From an uncultured bacterium (lineage in GTDB: Bacteria > Poribacteria > WGA-4E > WGA-3G), in contig CAZGAW010000005.1 in assembly GCA_964523645.1 (NCBI GenBank), positions 2,464 to 66,463 on the forward strand: DNA of 64,000 nt. The letters run 5' to 3'. A program made the translations under genes and the position numbers. Shown one piece after another: positions 1 to 8,822 of the stretch (position 1 is the stretch's first letter; each line of letters starts with the position of its first letter). The notes under the pieces were generated by a model. The model made no database searches, was not told the origin of the DNA, and saw nothing but the letters and a program-made list of their open reading frames with translations.

Positions 1-1263
1 AGCATCAAAGTATTTTCCTAAGTTTGCCTTTACTTCTCCTCGCTCAATATAGGGAAAAACATCATTAGGGTCAAGTCGTATAGTTATGTCATAATCGCTT
101 ATAGCGGCAGAGTATTGCCCCAGGTTGGCTTTTGCCTTTCCCCTCTTCTCATAAACAATGACATAATCAGGTTTTAGTTGTATTGCCTTGTCAAAGTCCG
201 TTATAGCATCAAAGTATTGTCCCATGTCAGCCTTCACATCTCCCCGAAGATAATAGGCAGGGGCATAATCAGGTTTGAGCCGAATTGCCATTTCATAATC
301 GGATATAGCATCAAAGTGTTGTCCGAGACGATTCTTTGCATATCCCCGGAAGTGGTATGCTTTGACATAATCGGATTTCAGTTGTATTGCCTTGTCATAA
401 TCGCTTATGGCGGCACGGTATTGCCCTAGGAATATCTTCGCGCGTCCCCGATTATAGTAGGCTGCAGCATTAGGATCAAGCCGAATTGACCGAGTATAAT
501 CATTTATAGCCCCTTCATAATCGTACAATATAAACTTGGTATTACCCCAATTGAAGTATGTCTCCGCAGATATAGAGTGATTATTTTGAGACAAGGGTTT
601 TGCTACGCCAGATTGAGCAAGAAGTATTTTAAGATAACGCGACGGAATGGCAAAATTGAGATTCTGTGCGTCAAGGTCTCGGTGAGCAGCGACAGAAACG
701 CCGATGACTTCGCCTTTGCTGTTTAGCACAGGGCCACCACTGCTCCCCGGTGAAATTGGAGCCGTCATCTGGAAACGTTCTTTGGTATATTTGTCTCGGC
801 GGCTGCTGATAATACCATCCGAAAATGTGCCTTCCAAACCTTTCGGGTTACCCGCGACGTAAACCGTATCTCCAATTTTGACAGCATCACTTTTGCCAAG
901 CAGCAGGGGTTTAATCCCATACGCGGAGACCTTTAAGAGCACAAGATCGTTGTCCTCGTCGGTTGCGGTAAAACCTTCAATTTTATAGGCGGTATATTTA
1001 CCGACCAACTTTGCGGTGCCGCTGGATGCCCCTGCAATTACATGATAATTGGTGGCAATGAGGTTGGATTTGACAAAGAAGCCGCTGCCAAAACCAAGGG
1101 TTTTGCCGTTGCTATCCTGCATCTCTAAATAGACGGTGGCGGCTAATGCTTTTTCAGCAATCTCTGGAACGGTTTGAGCAGTAGTACTATTTGTTACGCA
1201 AAACAAGAGTACTGTAAATGTCACTATAAAGAGATGCCATAGTGGTTTGTTCTGATCCTTCAT
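1..1263 (-). CDS. Trypsin-like serine protease fused to C-terminal TPR repeats. Partial: the 3' end runs off the window and 421 codons are visible.
   Basis: Absent from the supplied ORF track because there is no stop inside the window. My translation from the ATG at 1263-1261 gives MKDQNKPLWHLFIVTFTVLLFC (signal/anchor). Catalytic motifs follow: ATNYHVI (His), DNDLVLLKV (Asp) and TAPISPGSSGGPVLN (Ser). At least 6 TPR-like 34-aa units then follow (AIxDYxxAIxLxPDYxxAYxxRG). AAGGA lies about 9 nt upstream, and the gap to the upstream gene is 11 nt. Confidence 0.8.
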   Translation of the reverse strand, partial: MKDQNKPLWHLFIVTFTVLLFCVTNSTTAQTVPEIAEKALAATVYLEMQDSNGKTLGFGSGFFVKSNLIATNYHVIAGASSGTAKLVGKYTAYKIEGFTATDEDNDLVLLKVSAYGIKPLLLGKSDAVKIGDTVYVAGNPKGLEGTFSDGIISSRRDKYTKERFQMTAPISPGSSGGPVLNSKGEVIGVSVAAHRDLDAQNLNFAIPSRYLKILLAQSGVAKPLSQNNHSISAETYFNWGNTKFILYDYEGAINDYTRSIRLDPNAAAYYNRGRAKIFLGQYRAAISDYDKAIQLKSDYVKAYHFRGYAKNRLGQHFDAISDYEMAIRLKPDYAPAYYLRGDVKADMGQYFDAITDFDKAIQLKPDYVIVYEKRGKAKANLGQYSAAISDYDITIRLDPNDVFPYIERGEVKANLGKYFDA

Positions 1264-1274
1264 TGGAAAATTCC

Positions 1275-2807
1275 TTACGCGGTTAACATTGCTGCAATGT
1301 CTTCGGGCAAGTCAATATTGTTCTGCTGTTCAAAATCTGCAATGCTTTCGTAGGTATTATGGAACTTAGAAACAATATCTGCTTTCAGGATTTTGGCAAC
1401 AGTCAGATTTAATTTTGCCTCCTGCCAATTTTGCCTCTGCATCCAAACAAGTCCAAGATTATAATATGCTTCGGCATCGTCAGAGTTTAATTCTATCGCC
1501 TTCTCGTAGTCTTCCATAGCCAGATTGAAATCCCCTTTTTTCTGATAAGCTTTGGCGCGGATAATATAGGCATCAGCATTGTCCGGTTTCAATTCTATCG
1601 CCTTCTTATAGTTTTCTAGGACACGGCCAAAATCATCTTCCGCAAGATAAGCATCCCCCCGAGTGATATAAGCATCAAAATCGTCAGGATCTAATGTTAT
1701 TACTACATCATAGTCTTTGATAGCTTCACCAATTTCACCTTTGACAAGGTAAGCATTGCCTCGATTATAATAGGCTTTGGCAAAATCTGGATCAAGTTCT
1801 ATGGCTTTGTTCCAGTCTTCAATAGCCTTGTCAATACTGCCTTCATCAAAGTAAACACTGCCACGATTATTATAAAGCAGTGCATCATCAGGGGTGTATT
1901 CTATCGCCTTGTTGTAGTCTTCAATAGCCTTGTCAACATCCCCTTTGTCATAGTAGGCATTGCCTCGATTGTTATAGCCTTGGGGAATATCTGGTTTCAA
2001 TCGTATGGCTCTCGTGTAATGCATGACAGCTTTTTCATATGCGGCTTGTTTTTCTTCAGATGCCTCCACCTCATTCCCTTTTAAGTGATAAGTAAGCCCT
2101 CTATGAAACTCCAAGTAAGCATTTTCATGGAAACGCTGATTTGTAATAAATCCGTGTAAATCATTGTAGATAGTTTCCGTAGAAATGTCGTGGTACTTTT
2201 GTAGGTAAGCTAGCGTAGGCAATTTAAGGTATGCAGGAATCGTGATGATGTCTACATCTTCGGGGGCAAGAAATCCATTGGGATGTTGTACAAATACACT
2301 TTTCTGGGCGATGACGCGATGTCGCGGGTTACGAGGACGCAAAATCAAGTCTTGCCATTCATCAGTTTTTTGAAAGAGAATCAGTCTCCCATCTTTAGTA
2401 AGTGAATCTGAGTTATCACAGGCAAAGAAAAGAGCAATGAGGTAATCTGTCGTAAAGTCAATTAGATTAGTTTTACCACCGTGATGTTGAAGTTGTGTTA
2501 GAATTTCAATAGGATCTTCTGTTTCGTGGCTATAAGTTTTCGCCTCTGCCAGAATTTCTTCTTGGACGACTTTTATGTTAAACTCATCTGCCTCAATTCG
2601 AGCGTATTGGCGATAGAGACTTGAAGAAATTTTTCCATAATATGGAAAATCCTCATGATGTTCAGGTTCACCACGATAGATGTAATCACCATCTGCTGAC
2701 CTGTTCTCTATGTCATAGATAATATCTTTTACACGGTCTAGTGGGTCAGGTGATGTATCGGATTCGTTAGACATATTTAATCGCTTTGTTGTTCGCTTAA
2801 GAGTCAT
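1275..2807 (-). CDS. FRG-domain protein fused to a C-terminal TPR array
   Basis: 510-aa ORF. The N-terminal half carries FRG-domain-like motifs (YIYRGEPEHHEDF and LTQLQHHGGKTNLIDFTTDYLIALFFAC). The C-terminal half has about 7 canonical TPR units (AIEDYNKAIEYTPDDALLYNNRGSVY and similar). Confidence 0.75.
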   Translation of the reverse strand: MTLKRTTKRLNMSNESDTSPDPLDRVKDIIYDIENRSADGDYIYRGEPEHHEDFPYYGKISSSLYRQYARIEADEFNIKVVQEEILAEAKTYSHETEDPIEILTQLQHHGGKTNLIDFTTDYLIALFFACDNSDSLTKDGRLILFQKTDEWQDLILRPRNPRHRVIAQKSVFVQHPNGFLAPEDVDIITIPAYLKLPTLAYLQKYHDISTETIYNDLHGFITNQRFHENAYLEFHRGLTYHLKGNEVEASEEKQAAYEKAVMHYTRAIRLKPDIPQGYNNRGNAYYDKGDVDKAIEDYNKAIEYTPDDALLYNNRGSVYFDEGSIDKAIEDWNKAIELDPDFAKAYYNRGNAYLVKGEIGEAIKDYDVVITLDPDDFDAYITRGDAYLAEDDFGRVLENYKKAIELKPDNADAYIIRAKAYQKKGDFNLAMEDYEKAIELNSDDAEAYYNLGLVWMQRQNWQEAKLNLTVAKILKADIVSKFHNTYESIADFEQQNNIDLPEDIAAMLTA

Positions 2808-2820
2808 GAAAAAATACTAT

Positions 2821-2870
2821 GTAGACAGTGCCCTTAGAAGTCGGACGCTAAACCTCATGGACACTGCTAC
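2821..2870. repeat. Imperfect palindrome with GTAG...CTAC ends (REP-like, weak)
   Basis: gtagacagtg (2821-2830) and cactgctac (2862-2870) are near reverse complements about 30 nt apart. The site is intergenic and is followed by AAC, as at other CTAC-ended hairpins in the window. Confidence 0.3.
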
Positions 2871-2918
2871 AACATCGCATTAGGTCGGTTAACAAAAACA
2901 ACTATGGCAAGACTTTGC

Positions 2919-3056
2919 TTATTTAGTTTTTCCCTTTCGTTTAATAGTCTCAACTATTGTGGTACTTTTGCGCCGCTTAGCTTCCTTAACCGGTATGAAT
3001 CTACCTGTTTTTGCATCACGACCAACTTGGGTAGTCACAGCTCTTTTACGTGCCAT
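2919..3056 (-). CDS. Small basic protein (45 aa), hypothetical
   Basis: Not in the ORF track (too short). Translation: MARKRAVTTQVGRDAKTGRFIPVKEAKRRKSTTIVETIKRKGKTK*. A strong Shine-Dalgarno lies upstream on the minus strand (AAGAGGAGGTAAATCTAA-ATG). Confidence 0.5.
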   Translation of the reverse strand: MARKRAVTTQVGRDAKTGRFIPVKEAKRRKSTTIVETIKRKGKTK

Positions 3057-3210
3057 TTAGATTTACCTCCTCTTTACTAAAAAACTCGCTTTATCAACAG
3101 AACAGATTATCATGTAAGTTATGGAAAATTGAACCTCTTTATAAACAAATGATAACATATTCTATAAGCAGAGGTCAATTATATTTCATAAATGCTTAGA
3201 ACCATATATT

Positions 3211-3453
3211 TCATATGCGATGGGCTGCCGGAAATCCAATACGCAAACAGTAGATGACAGCCTCCGGGTGCTTTTCAAGGAGGCGCATTGAAGATACCAC
3301 CTCATCAGCGTCAATCTCATAGTCCCCTGTTTCTATGTCAATGGTCAGAAATTTGCCTTTGTGTTGTGATTCAACTTTTTCACGGAGTTGATGAGAATAT
3401 ATTTCTTCGCCGCGGGCGGCGATAGTCCTGTGGGGATAATCGGAATATGGCAT
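3211..3453 (-). CDS. Small conserved hypothetical protein (80 aa)
   Basis: The ORF track gives 3211..3507. I prefer the internal Met (MPYSDYPHRT...) because the upstream extension runs through the 3487-3511 hairpin. The core GKFLTIDIETGDYEIDADEVV...IYCLRIGFPAAHRI looks like a small-protein family I half-recognise, with no assignable function. Confidence 0.55.
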   Translation of the reverse strand: MPYSDYPHRTIAARGEEIYSHQLREKVESQHKGKFLTIDIETGDYEIDADEVVSSMRLLEKHPEAVIYCLRIGFPAAHRI

Positions 3454-3486
3454 TGTGATGCTCTTGTTAGTCAAGTTCTCTTTCTG

Positions 3487-3511
3487 AGGTGCGGTTGGAA
3501 ACCGCACCTAC
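3487..3511. repeat. REP-like hairpin ending in CTAC (family 2)
   Basis: aGGTGCGGTTggaAACCGCACCtac forms a perfect 9-bp stem 19 nt downstream of the acnA stop. No T-run follows on the minus strand, so it is not a canonical terminator. A degenerate second copy lies at 63577-63600. Confidence 0.6.
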
Positions 3512-3529
3512 CAGAGTTGGGGAAATTGA

Positions 3530-6202
3530 TTACGCAGACAAGAAATTCCGAATGACGTAATCCAGAATACCACCGTGTTTGTAGTAGTCTACCTCCACAG
3601 GGGAATCAATTCTGATTAACAACTCCGTCGTCTGCGTCTCGCCGTTGGTTCGGACGATTTTCAGTGTTGCCATCTGTCCGGGCTGGAGATCTTCGGCAAA
3701 GCCTGTGATGCTGATAATCTCGCTGCCGTCAAGGTTGAGCGTTTGGACATTCTCACCCGGTTTGAATTGCAAAGGTAAGACCCCCATGCCAATGAGGTTA
3801 CTACGATGGATACGCTCAAAACTCTCTACAACAACGGCTTTGACACCGAGGAGTTTAGGTCCCTTTGCTGCCCAATCACGTGAGCTGCCCATGCCGTAGT
3901 CCTGTCCAGCAAAAATCACGGTTGGGACCTCGTTTGCACTGTAGTGGAGTGCCGCTTCGTAAATAGTCGTTTGTGTGCCTTCGGGATACTGAAGTGTATA
4001 GCCACCCTCGACATCCGGTGTCATCAAGTTTCGGACACGCCGATTCGCGAAGGTGCCGCGACTCATCACTTGATCGTTACCGCGTCTGGAACCGTAGGTA
4101 TTGAAATCTCGTGTTTCAACACCGCGTTCTTGCAAGTATTCTCCGGCGGGACTCGCTGCAGCGATTGCACCCGCTGGGGAGATATGATCAGTGGTGACAG
4201 AATCACCGAAGATACCGAGGATCCGGGCATCGACGACATCTGAAATCGGAGCAGGCTCGCGTGCAAACCCTTCAAAGAACGGCGGATGCTGGACATAAGT
4301 GCTTCTCTCATTCCACGGATAAAGGACACCTGTTGCGCCTGCAAGTTCTTCCCATTCCGGTGCTTGATTACCGATTGACTCATACATCTCTCGGAACGTT
4401 CGACGATCGACTGCAGCACCAATCATATCAGCGATTTCCTGACGGGTGGGCCAGATATCCTTCAGATAAACAGCCTCTCCCGTATCGTTGTGACCAAGCG
4501 GTTCAGTCGTGAAGTCGATGTCAATCCGTCCGGCAACACCGTATGCGACAACGAGGGGTGGAGACATGAGGAAATTCGCTTTTATCTCTGGATGTACACG
4601 CGCCTCGAAATTCCGGTTGCCACTCAGAACACTGGCAGTGACGAGGTTCCCCGCATCAATCGCATCTTGAACGACATCGTTGAGCGGTCCACTGTTGCCG
4701 ATACAGGTTGTACATCCGTAACCGACGACGTTATATCCAAGTGCTTCCAAATAGGGCAATAAACCGGTATTCTGTAAGTATTCGGTGACGACGCGTGAAC
4801 CCGGGGCTAAACTCGTCTTAACATGATCAGGAACGCGTAATCCTTTTTCCACAGCCTTTTTAGCGAGCAATCCCGCACCGATCATCACTGAAGGGTTACT
4901 TGTGTTCGTGCAACTGGTGATTGCTGAGATGACAACCGATCCGTGGGTTATGCCGTTCCCATCACCCGTGTCTTCTGTTACACCAAATCCATCTTCTGAT
5001 ATGGGACGTGCCAGAAGTTCAGTAAAGGTCTCTTTGACATCCGACAAGGCAATACGATCTTGGGGACGTTTCGGACCCGCGACACTCGGTTCAATGTCTG
5101 CGAGATCAATTTCAAGGACATCGGAGTATTCAACTTCTCCAAGATGTGGGATACCAAAGATACCCTGTGCTTTGAGATAAGCCTCTACCATGTCAACATG
5201 TGTTTCATCGCGTCCAGTGAGACGGAGATATCGCATCGTCTCTGCGTCAGGTGGGAAGAACCCGATGGTCGCACCGTATTCCGGACACATGTTAGAAAGT
5301 GTCGCACGATCCGGTAGCGAGAGTGCCTCTACACCTGCCCCGAAGAATTCGACAAACTTATCGACGACCGCAGCGGCTCTGAGTCGTTGCGTCACCGTCA
5401 ATACCAAATCTGTTGCGGTTACGCCCTCCTGTAATTCGCCTTTCAGGTGAACACCGAGTACTTCAGGGGTCAAAATATAAACAGGTTGCCCTAACATCGC
5501 GGCTTCCGCTTCAATACCGCCTACACCCCACCCGACGATACCCAAACCGTTAATCATTGTGGTGTGCGAATCGGTGCCGACAACAGTATCTGGATACGCC
5601 AGGGAATCCTCTGTCATAACAACTTTAGCGAGGTATTCCAGATTCACCTGATGCACAATGCCGATAGAAGGTGGAATAATATTGAACTTCTCGAACGCCT
5701 GCTGTCCCCATTTGAGGAACTCATAACGTTCTTTATTGCGTTCAAATTCCCGTTGGGTGTTGAATTGAAAAGCGTTCTCTGAGCCGTAAGCATCAACTTG
5801 AATGGAGTGATCAATGACCAAATCAACGGGGACGAGCGGTTCTATCATACCCGCATCGCCACCGAGTGCTGCGACAGCGGAGCGCATCGCCGCAATATCA
5901 ACGACGAGCGGAACACCTGTGAAATCTTGTGCGACCACGCGTGCCGGTTTGAAAGGGATCTCTAAGGCTTTTGGTGAACGCGCATCCCAATTTGCCAAAT
6001 TCACAATATCATCTTCTGTAATTTGGTGTCCATCGTAATTTCGGAGTAATGATTCGAGTAAGATGCGGAGACTGACGGGCAAAGTGGCTGTTGAGCCGAT
6101 ACCGGCTTCTCCTAAAGCGGGGAGCGAATAGTAGGTACACGCAAACCCATCACCTTCAAGGGTTCGGTGTGTCTTAAATAAATTGTGAGCAGGGTGGGGC
6201 AT
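3530..6202 (-). CDS. acnA: Aconitate hydratase A
   Basis: The 890-aa ORF has full-length aconitase architecture, including [11 protein letters not shown], the Fe-S Cys region [10 protein letters not shown] / [11 protein letters not shown], and a C-terminal swivel domain. Confidence 0.97.
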   Translation of the reverse strand: MPHPAHNLFKTHRTLEGDGFACTYYSLPALGEAGIGSTATLPVSLRILLESLLRNYDGHQITEDDIVNLANWDARSPKALEIPFKPARVVAQDFTGVPLVVDIAAMRSAVAALGGDAGMIEPLVPVDLVIDHSIQVDAYGSENAFQFNTQREFERNKERYEFLKWGQQAFEKFNIIPPSIGIVHQVNLEYLAKVVMTEDSLAYPDTVVGTDSHTTMINGLGIVGWGVGGIEAEAAMLGQPVYILTPEVLGVHLKGELQEGVTATDLVLTVTQRLRAAAVVDKFVEFFGAGVEALSLPDRATLSNMCPEYGATIGFFPPDAETMRYLRLTGRDETHVDMVEAYLKAQGIFGIPHLGEVEYSDVLEIDLADIEPSVAGPKRPQDRIALSDVKETFTELLARPISEDGFGVTEDTGDGNGITHGSVVISAITSCTNTSNPSVMIGAGLLAKKAVEKGLRVPDHVKTSLAPGSRVVTEYLQNTGLLPYLEALGYNVVGYGCTTCIGNSGPLNDVVQDAIDAGNLVTASVLSGNRNFEARVHPEIKANFLMSPPLVVAYGVAGRIDIDFTTEPLGHNDTGEAVYLKDIWPTRQEIADMIGAAVDRRTFREMYESIGNQAPEWEELAGATGVLYPWNERSTYVQHPPFFEGFAREPAPISDVVDARILGIFGDSVTTDHISPAGAIAAASPAGEYLQERGVETRDFNTYGSRRGNDQVMSRGTFANRRVRNLMTPDVEGGYTLQYPEGTQTTIYEAALHYSANEVPTVIFAGQDYGMGSSRDWAAKGPKLLGVKAVVVESFERIHRSNLIGMGVLPLQFKPGENVQTLNLDGSEIISITGFAEDLQPGQMATLKIVRTNGETQTTELLIRIDSPVEVDYYKHGGILDYVIRNFLSA

Positions 6203-6272
6203 CTGCTAACTCCTTTGTATTGTAAATCTTTTTTATAATTTTACCACAATTGCGTGCTATATTTCAATAGCC

Positions 6273-6295
6273 GTCAGCCATCAGTCGTCAGCAAG
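6273..6295. repeat. GTCAG-rich 22-nt motif, copy 1 (copy 2 at 15859-15880)
   Basis: gTCAGCCATCAGTcGTCAGCAaG lies 71-93 nt upstream of the acnA ATG. It matches 15859-15880 at 20 of 22 positions. Confidence 0.4.
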
Positions 6296-6369
6296 AGGGT
6301 TGCCTCGCAGTAAAAGTTCATCATATAGTACGGTGAAAGAATATGTGGACATTTGTAGCGTTATCTTTT

Positions 6370-6412
6370 AGTTTGTGCGGAGATAGGGCGCAAACTGGAA
6401 AGTTCGCGCTAC
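6370..6412. repeat. REP-like element (family 1): a half copy plus a full copy
   Basis: gggCGCAAACTggaaAGTTCGCGctac (6386-6412) is a hairpin followed by CTAC. It is preceded by tAGTTTGTGC (6371-6379), the inverted half of the same stem. Near-identical copies lie at 39738-39794. Confidence 0.6.
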
Positions 6413-6455
6413 AATAAGCGTGTCCAAGTAATTGTGGACTTCACTATAAACCTAT

Positions 6456-8777
6456 TTATTGATGGCTCATAAGTTTCATAATTTCATCAAGTTGCTGACG
6501 AGCATGAACGACAATGACATTCTCAGGATAGTCAGTAATAAGTGTAGTGTAAGTAGCAGCGGCATTGGCGAGATCGGAATTTTGTCGATAAATTTCGGCG
6601 ATGTTTACGAGGGCTTTAGGAACGATAAGGCTTTCCCGCGCGACGACTTGTTGATATGCCTCAATTGCTTCAACATCTTTCGCTTCCTCGCGATGGATAT
6701 TACCGATCAGGAGCCACACCGCATCGACGATAGTCGCTTGCGGATAAGTTTCAAGCGTCCGTTCACACTGCTGTAGTGCAGTCACTATCTCGCCATTTAG
6801 GTAGAGTTGCACAGCAGCGGCATACACTGTGAGCGGAATTTTGAGGTAATCTGAGTGGTTCTGGATAAGGACAATCCGTTCAAGCGCATCGTTCGTGAGT
6901 CGGTCGGATTTTGAGATTCCGATGACTTGGTTGTATTCTTTGAGCGCTTGGTCGAAATCCGCAGAGAAGAAATAGGAATCGCCAATTAGTTTGCGGGAGA
7001 TGGCTTGGAAGCGGTTGGGACGATTGGCGATCGGTTCAAGAACTTCTCTCGCAAGCGTGTAGCGTTTCAGGAGAACATGGCATTCTGCAAGTCCCAATTG
7101 TGCTTCTACCAATTGGGTCGTAAGCAAGCGTTGGCTCAGCAAAAATTGAAAAGTTTTCTGAGCAATCTTCGGTGATCGGATACCGTGTAGTTGCAGCTGC
7201 CCAAGCAATAATCTATTTTTCACAGAAGCCTCACCTTTACTCGTCAATTCCTCTAATACCGTAATCGCGTCGTCCCACTGCTCCATTTTTTCATAGAGCA
7301 CCGCAAGTTTAGAACGCGCATTTCTGATGCGGGTGCGGTCTGTAGAACCAGTTATCAATGCCTTATAGAAATCTACAGCTTGTGGATTTTCGTTGCGCTC
7401 TAACACTTCTGCGTATTGCGCTAACGTCATATCAGTGTGCGTCGGATGATTTCGATGGAGTTGTGCAAACGTTTCGAGTGCTTCTGGCACTTTTCCGGCA
7501 TAGAAAAGAAGTTCACCCAAAGTCATGACAATGTTAGGGTTTCGTGGGTTTCGCGAACTTCGTTTTTCGAGTTCGGCGACGAGTTTATCGCGGATCGGTT
7601 TATAATGATCGCCTTCATAAATCTCAAGCATAGCCGTCCAGATCGTTTCGCGCTGATTCCGCGTGAGCCCAACCTGTTGTAAGGCATCAATGTAGACTTC
7701 GGCGGCTTGTTCAATTTGACCTCGGATTTTGTACGCAGCCGCCAATTGTGTGTAGAGGTAGCCGTTTTTTGGACGTAATCGTATCGCTTGCTGATACGCT
7801 GCGATTGCTTCTGGATACATTTTATGGGATAGATAAATTGCACCGAGTTGCTGATGTCGGTCTGCTTGATTTCCTTCATCTACAACTGTTCTTTCCCATT
7901 CGGTCACGGCTTGCGTCGTATTACCCGTCTCGGCATAGAGCGCGCCTAATTTCTTGCGAAGATTTGTATTATTAGGGTCCCGTTCGAGTGCCTTACGGTA
8001 GAGCTCGAGTGCCTTCGGATAGGCGTTCTGTTGTTGATAAAGTTCCGCTAATTGTTCCAACAGGGTAGTATCGTCGGGATACTGTCGCATCCGTTCTTGG
8101 ATTAATTGTTCAGCAGCGGCATAGTGCTGGTTGGTAATATATAGTTGGATGAGGCTATTAACGGCACTCACACGATACGGCGAACTCGGGTAGTTGTCGA
8201 GGAAATGCTTGTAACTTTCCATTGCTTCCTCGAATTTACCCTCGGCTTGCTGATACTTTCCTACGAGATAGGCAGCCGTAGCAGCGGCGGTTGTATTGGG
8301 GTGTTGATTAAGAATCTGTTTGCACTGTAGGATAGCCTCTCTGAACTGGTAACGTTGCCAGTAGAGGTTGCCTATTCGATGCACAGCCTGTGTCGCGTAA
8401 GAACCGTTAGGATTCTCGTCAACAATTTCCTTGTAGACGCGCTGGGCAGCCGGATCTTCGCCCACTCTGGCATAACTCTGTCCTAACATCAACCGGATGG
8501 AATCCTTTTGACTCTGCCGAAGTGGTATGTAGGTATCATTACTGCTCGGGATCCCTTTTTCGAGTAATTCTTCATAGGCTTTGATTGCTTCCGCATATCG
8601 CCGTTCGTGGTAATGGTCGTGTGCAGCTTCAATCGGGTCTGATATAGGAGCCACTGTTGGCGTTATTGGAGCAACCTCGACTTGGGCAAAGGTGTATGAA
8701 CTATTTCCAATTGTAATCAAAAAAAATAGGGAGAAGATAGCGGCGAAAATGATTCGTTGTTGCATTGTAGAGTCCAT
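6456..8777 (-). CDS. Secreted TPR-repeat protein
   Basis: 773-aa ORF with an N-terminal signal-like segment (MQQRIIFAAIFSLFFLITIGNSSYTFAQ) and TPR-like helical repeats throughout. Confidence 0.85.
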   Translation of the reverse strand: MDSTMQQRIIFAAIFSLFFLITIGNSSYTFAQVEVAPITPTVAPISDPIEAAHDHYHERRYAEAIKAYEELLEKGIPSSNDTYIPLRQSQKDSIRLMLGQSYARVGEDPAAQRVYKEIVDENPNGSYATQAVHRIGNLYWQRYQFREAILQCKQILNQHPNTTAAATAAYLVGKYQQAEGKFEEAMESYKHFLDNYPSSPYRVSAVNSLIQLYITNQHYAAAEQLIQERMRQYPDDTTLLEQLAELYQQQNAYPKALELYRKALERDPNNTNLRKKLGALYAETGNTTQAVTEWERTVVDEGNQADRHQQLGAIYLSHKMYPEAIAAYQQAIRLRPKNGYLYTQLAAAYKIRGQIEQAAEVYIDALQQVGLTRNQRETIWTAMLEIYEGDHYKPIRDKLVAELEKRSSRNPRNPNIVMTLGELLFYAGKVPEALETFAQLHRNHPTHTDMTLAQYAEVLERNENPQAVDFYKALITGSTDRTRIRNARSKLAVLYEKMEQWDDAITVLEELTSKGEASVKNRLLLGQLQLHGIRSPKIAQKTFQFLLSQRLLTTQLVEAQLGLAECHVLLKRYTLAREVLEPIANRPNRFQAISRKLIGDSYFFSADFDQALKEYNQVIGISKSDRLTNDALERIVLIQNHSDYLKIPLTVYAAAVQLYLNGEIVTALQQCERTLETYPQATIVDAVWLLIGNIHREEAKDVEAIEAYQQVVARESLIVPKALVNIAEIYRQNSDLANAAATYTTLITDYPENVIVVHARQQLDEIMKLMSHQ

Positions 8778-8822
8778 TTTTATCGGGTGTTGTATTTTAG
8801 TCTATAAGTTTCTATGCTTTTA

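Noticed and set aside
178-429. An 83-aa plus-strand ORF from the track
   Set aside because: It lies antisense to the TPR-coding part of the partial protease-TPR gene. Its periodic sequence is just the reverse reading of the TPR repeats.
3645-6038. About a dozen 60-118-aa ORFs on both strands inside acnA
   Set aside because: They are shadow ORFs within a confidently identified 890-aa aconitase gene. None has a motif or a ribosome-binding site.
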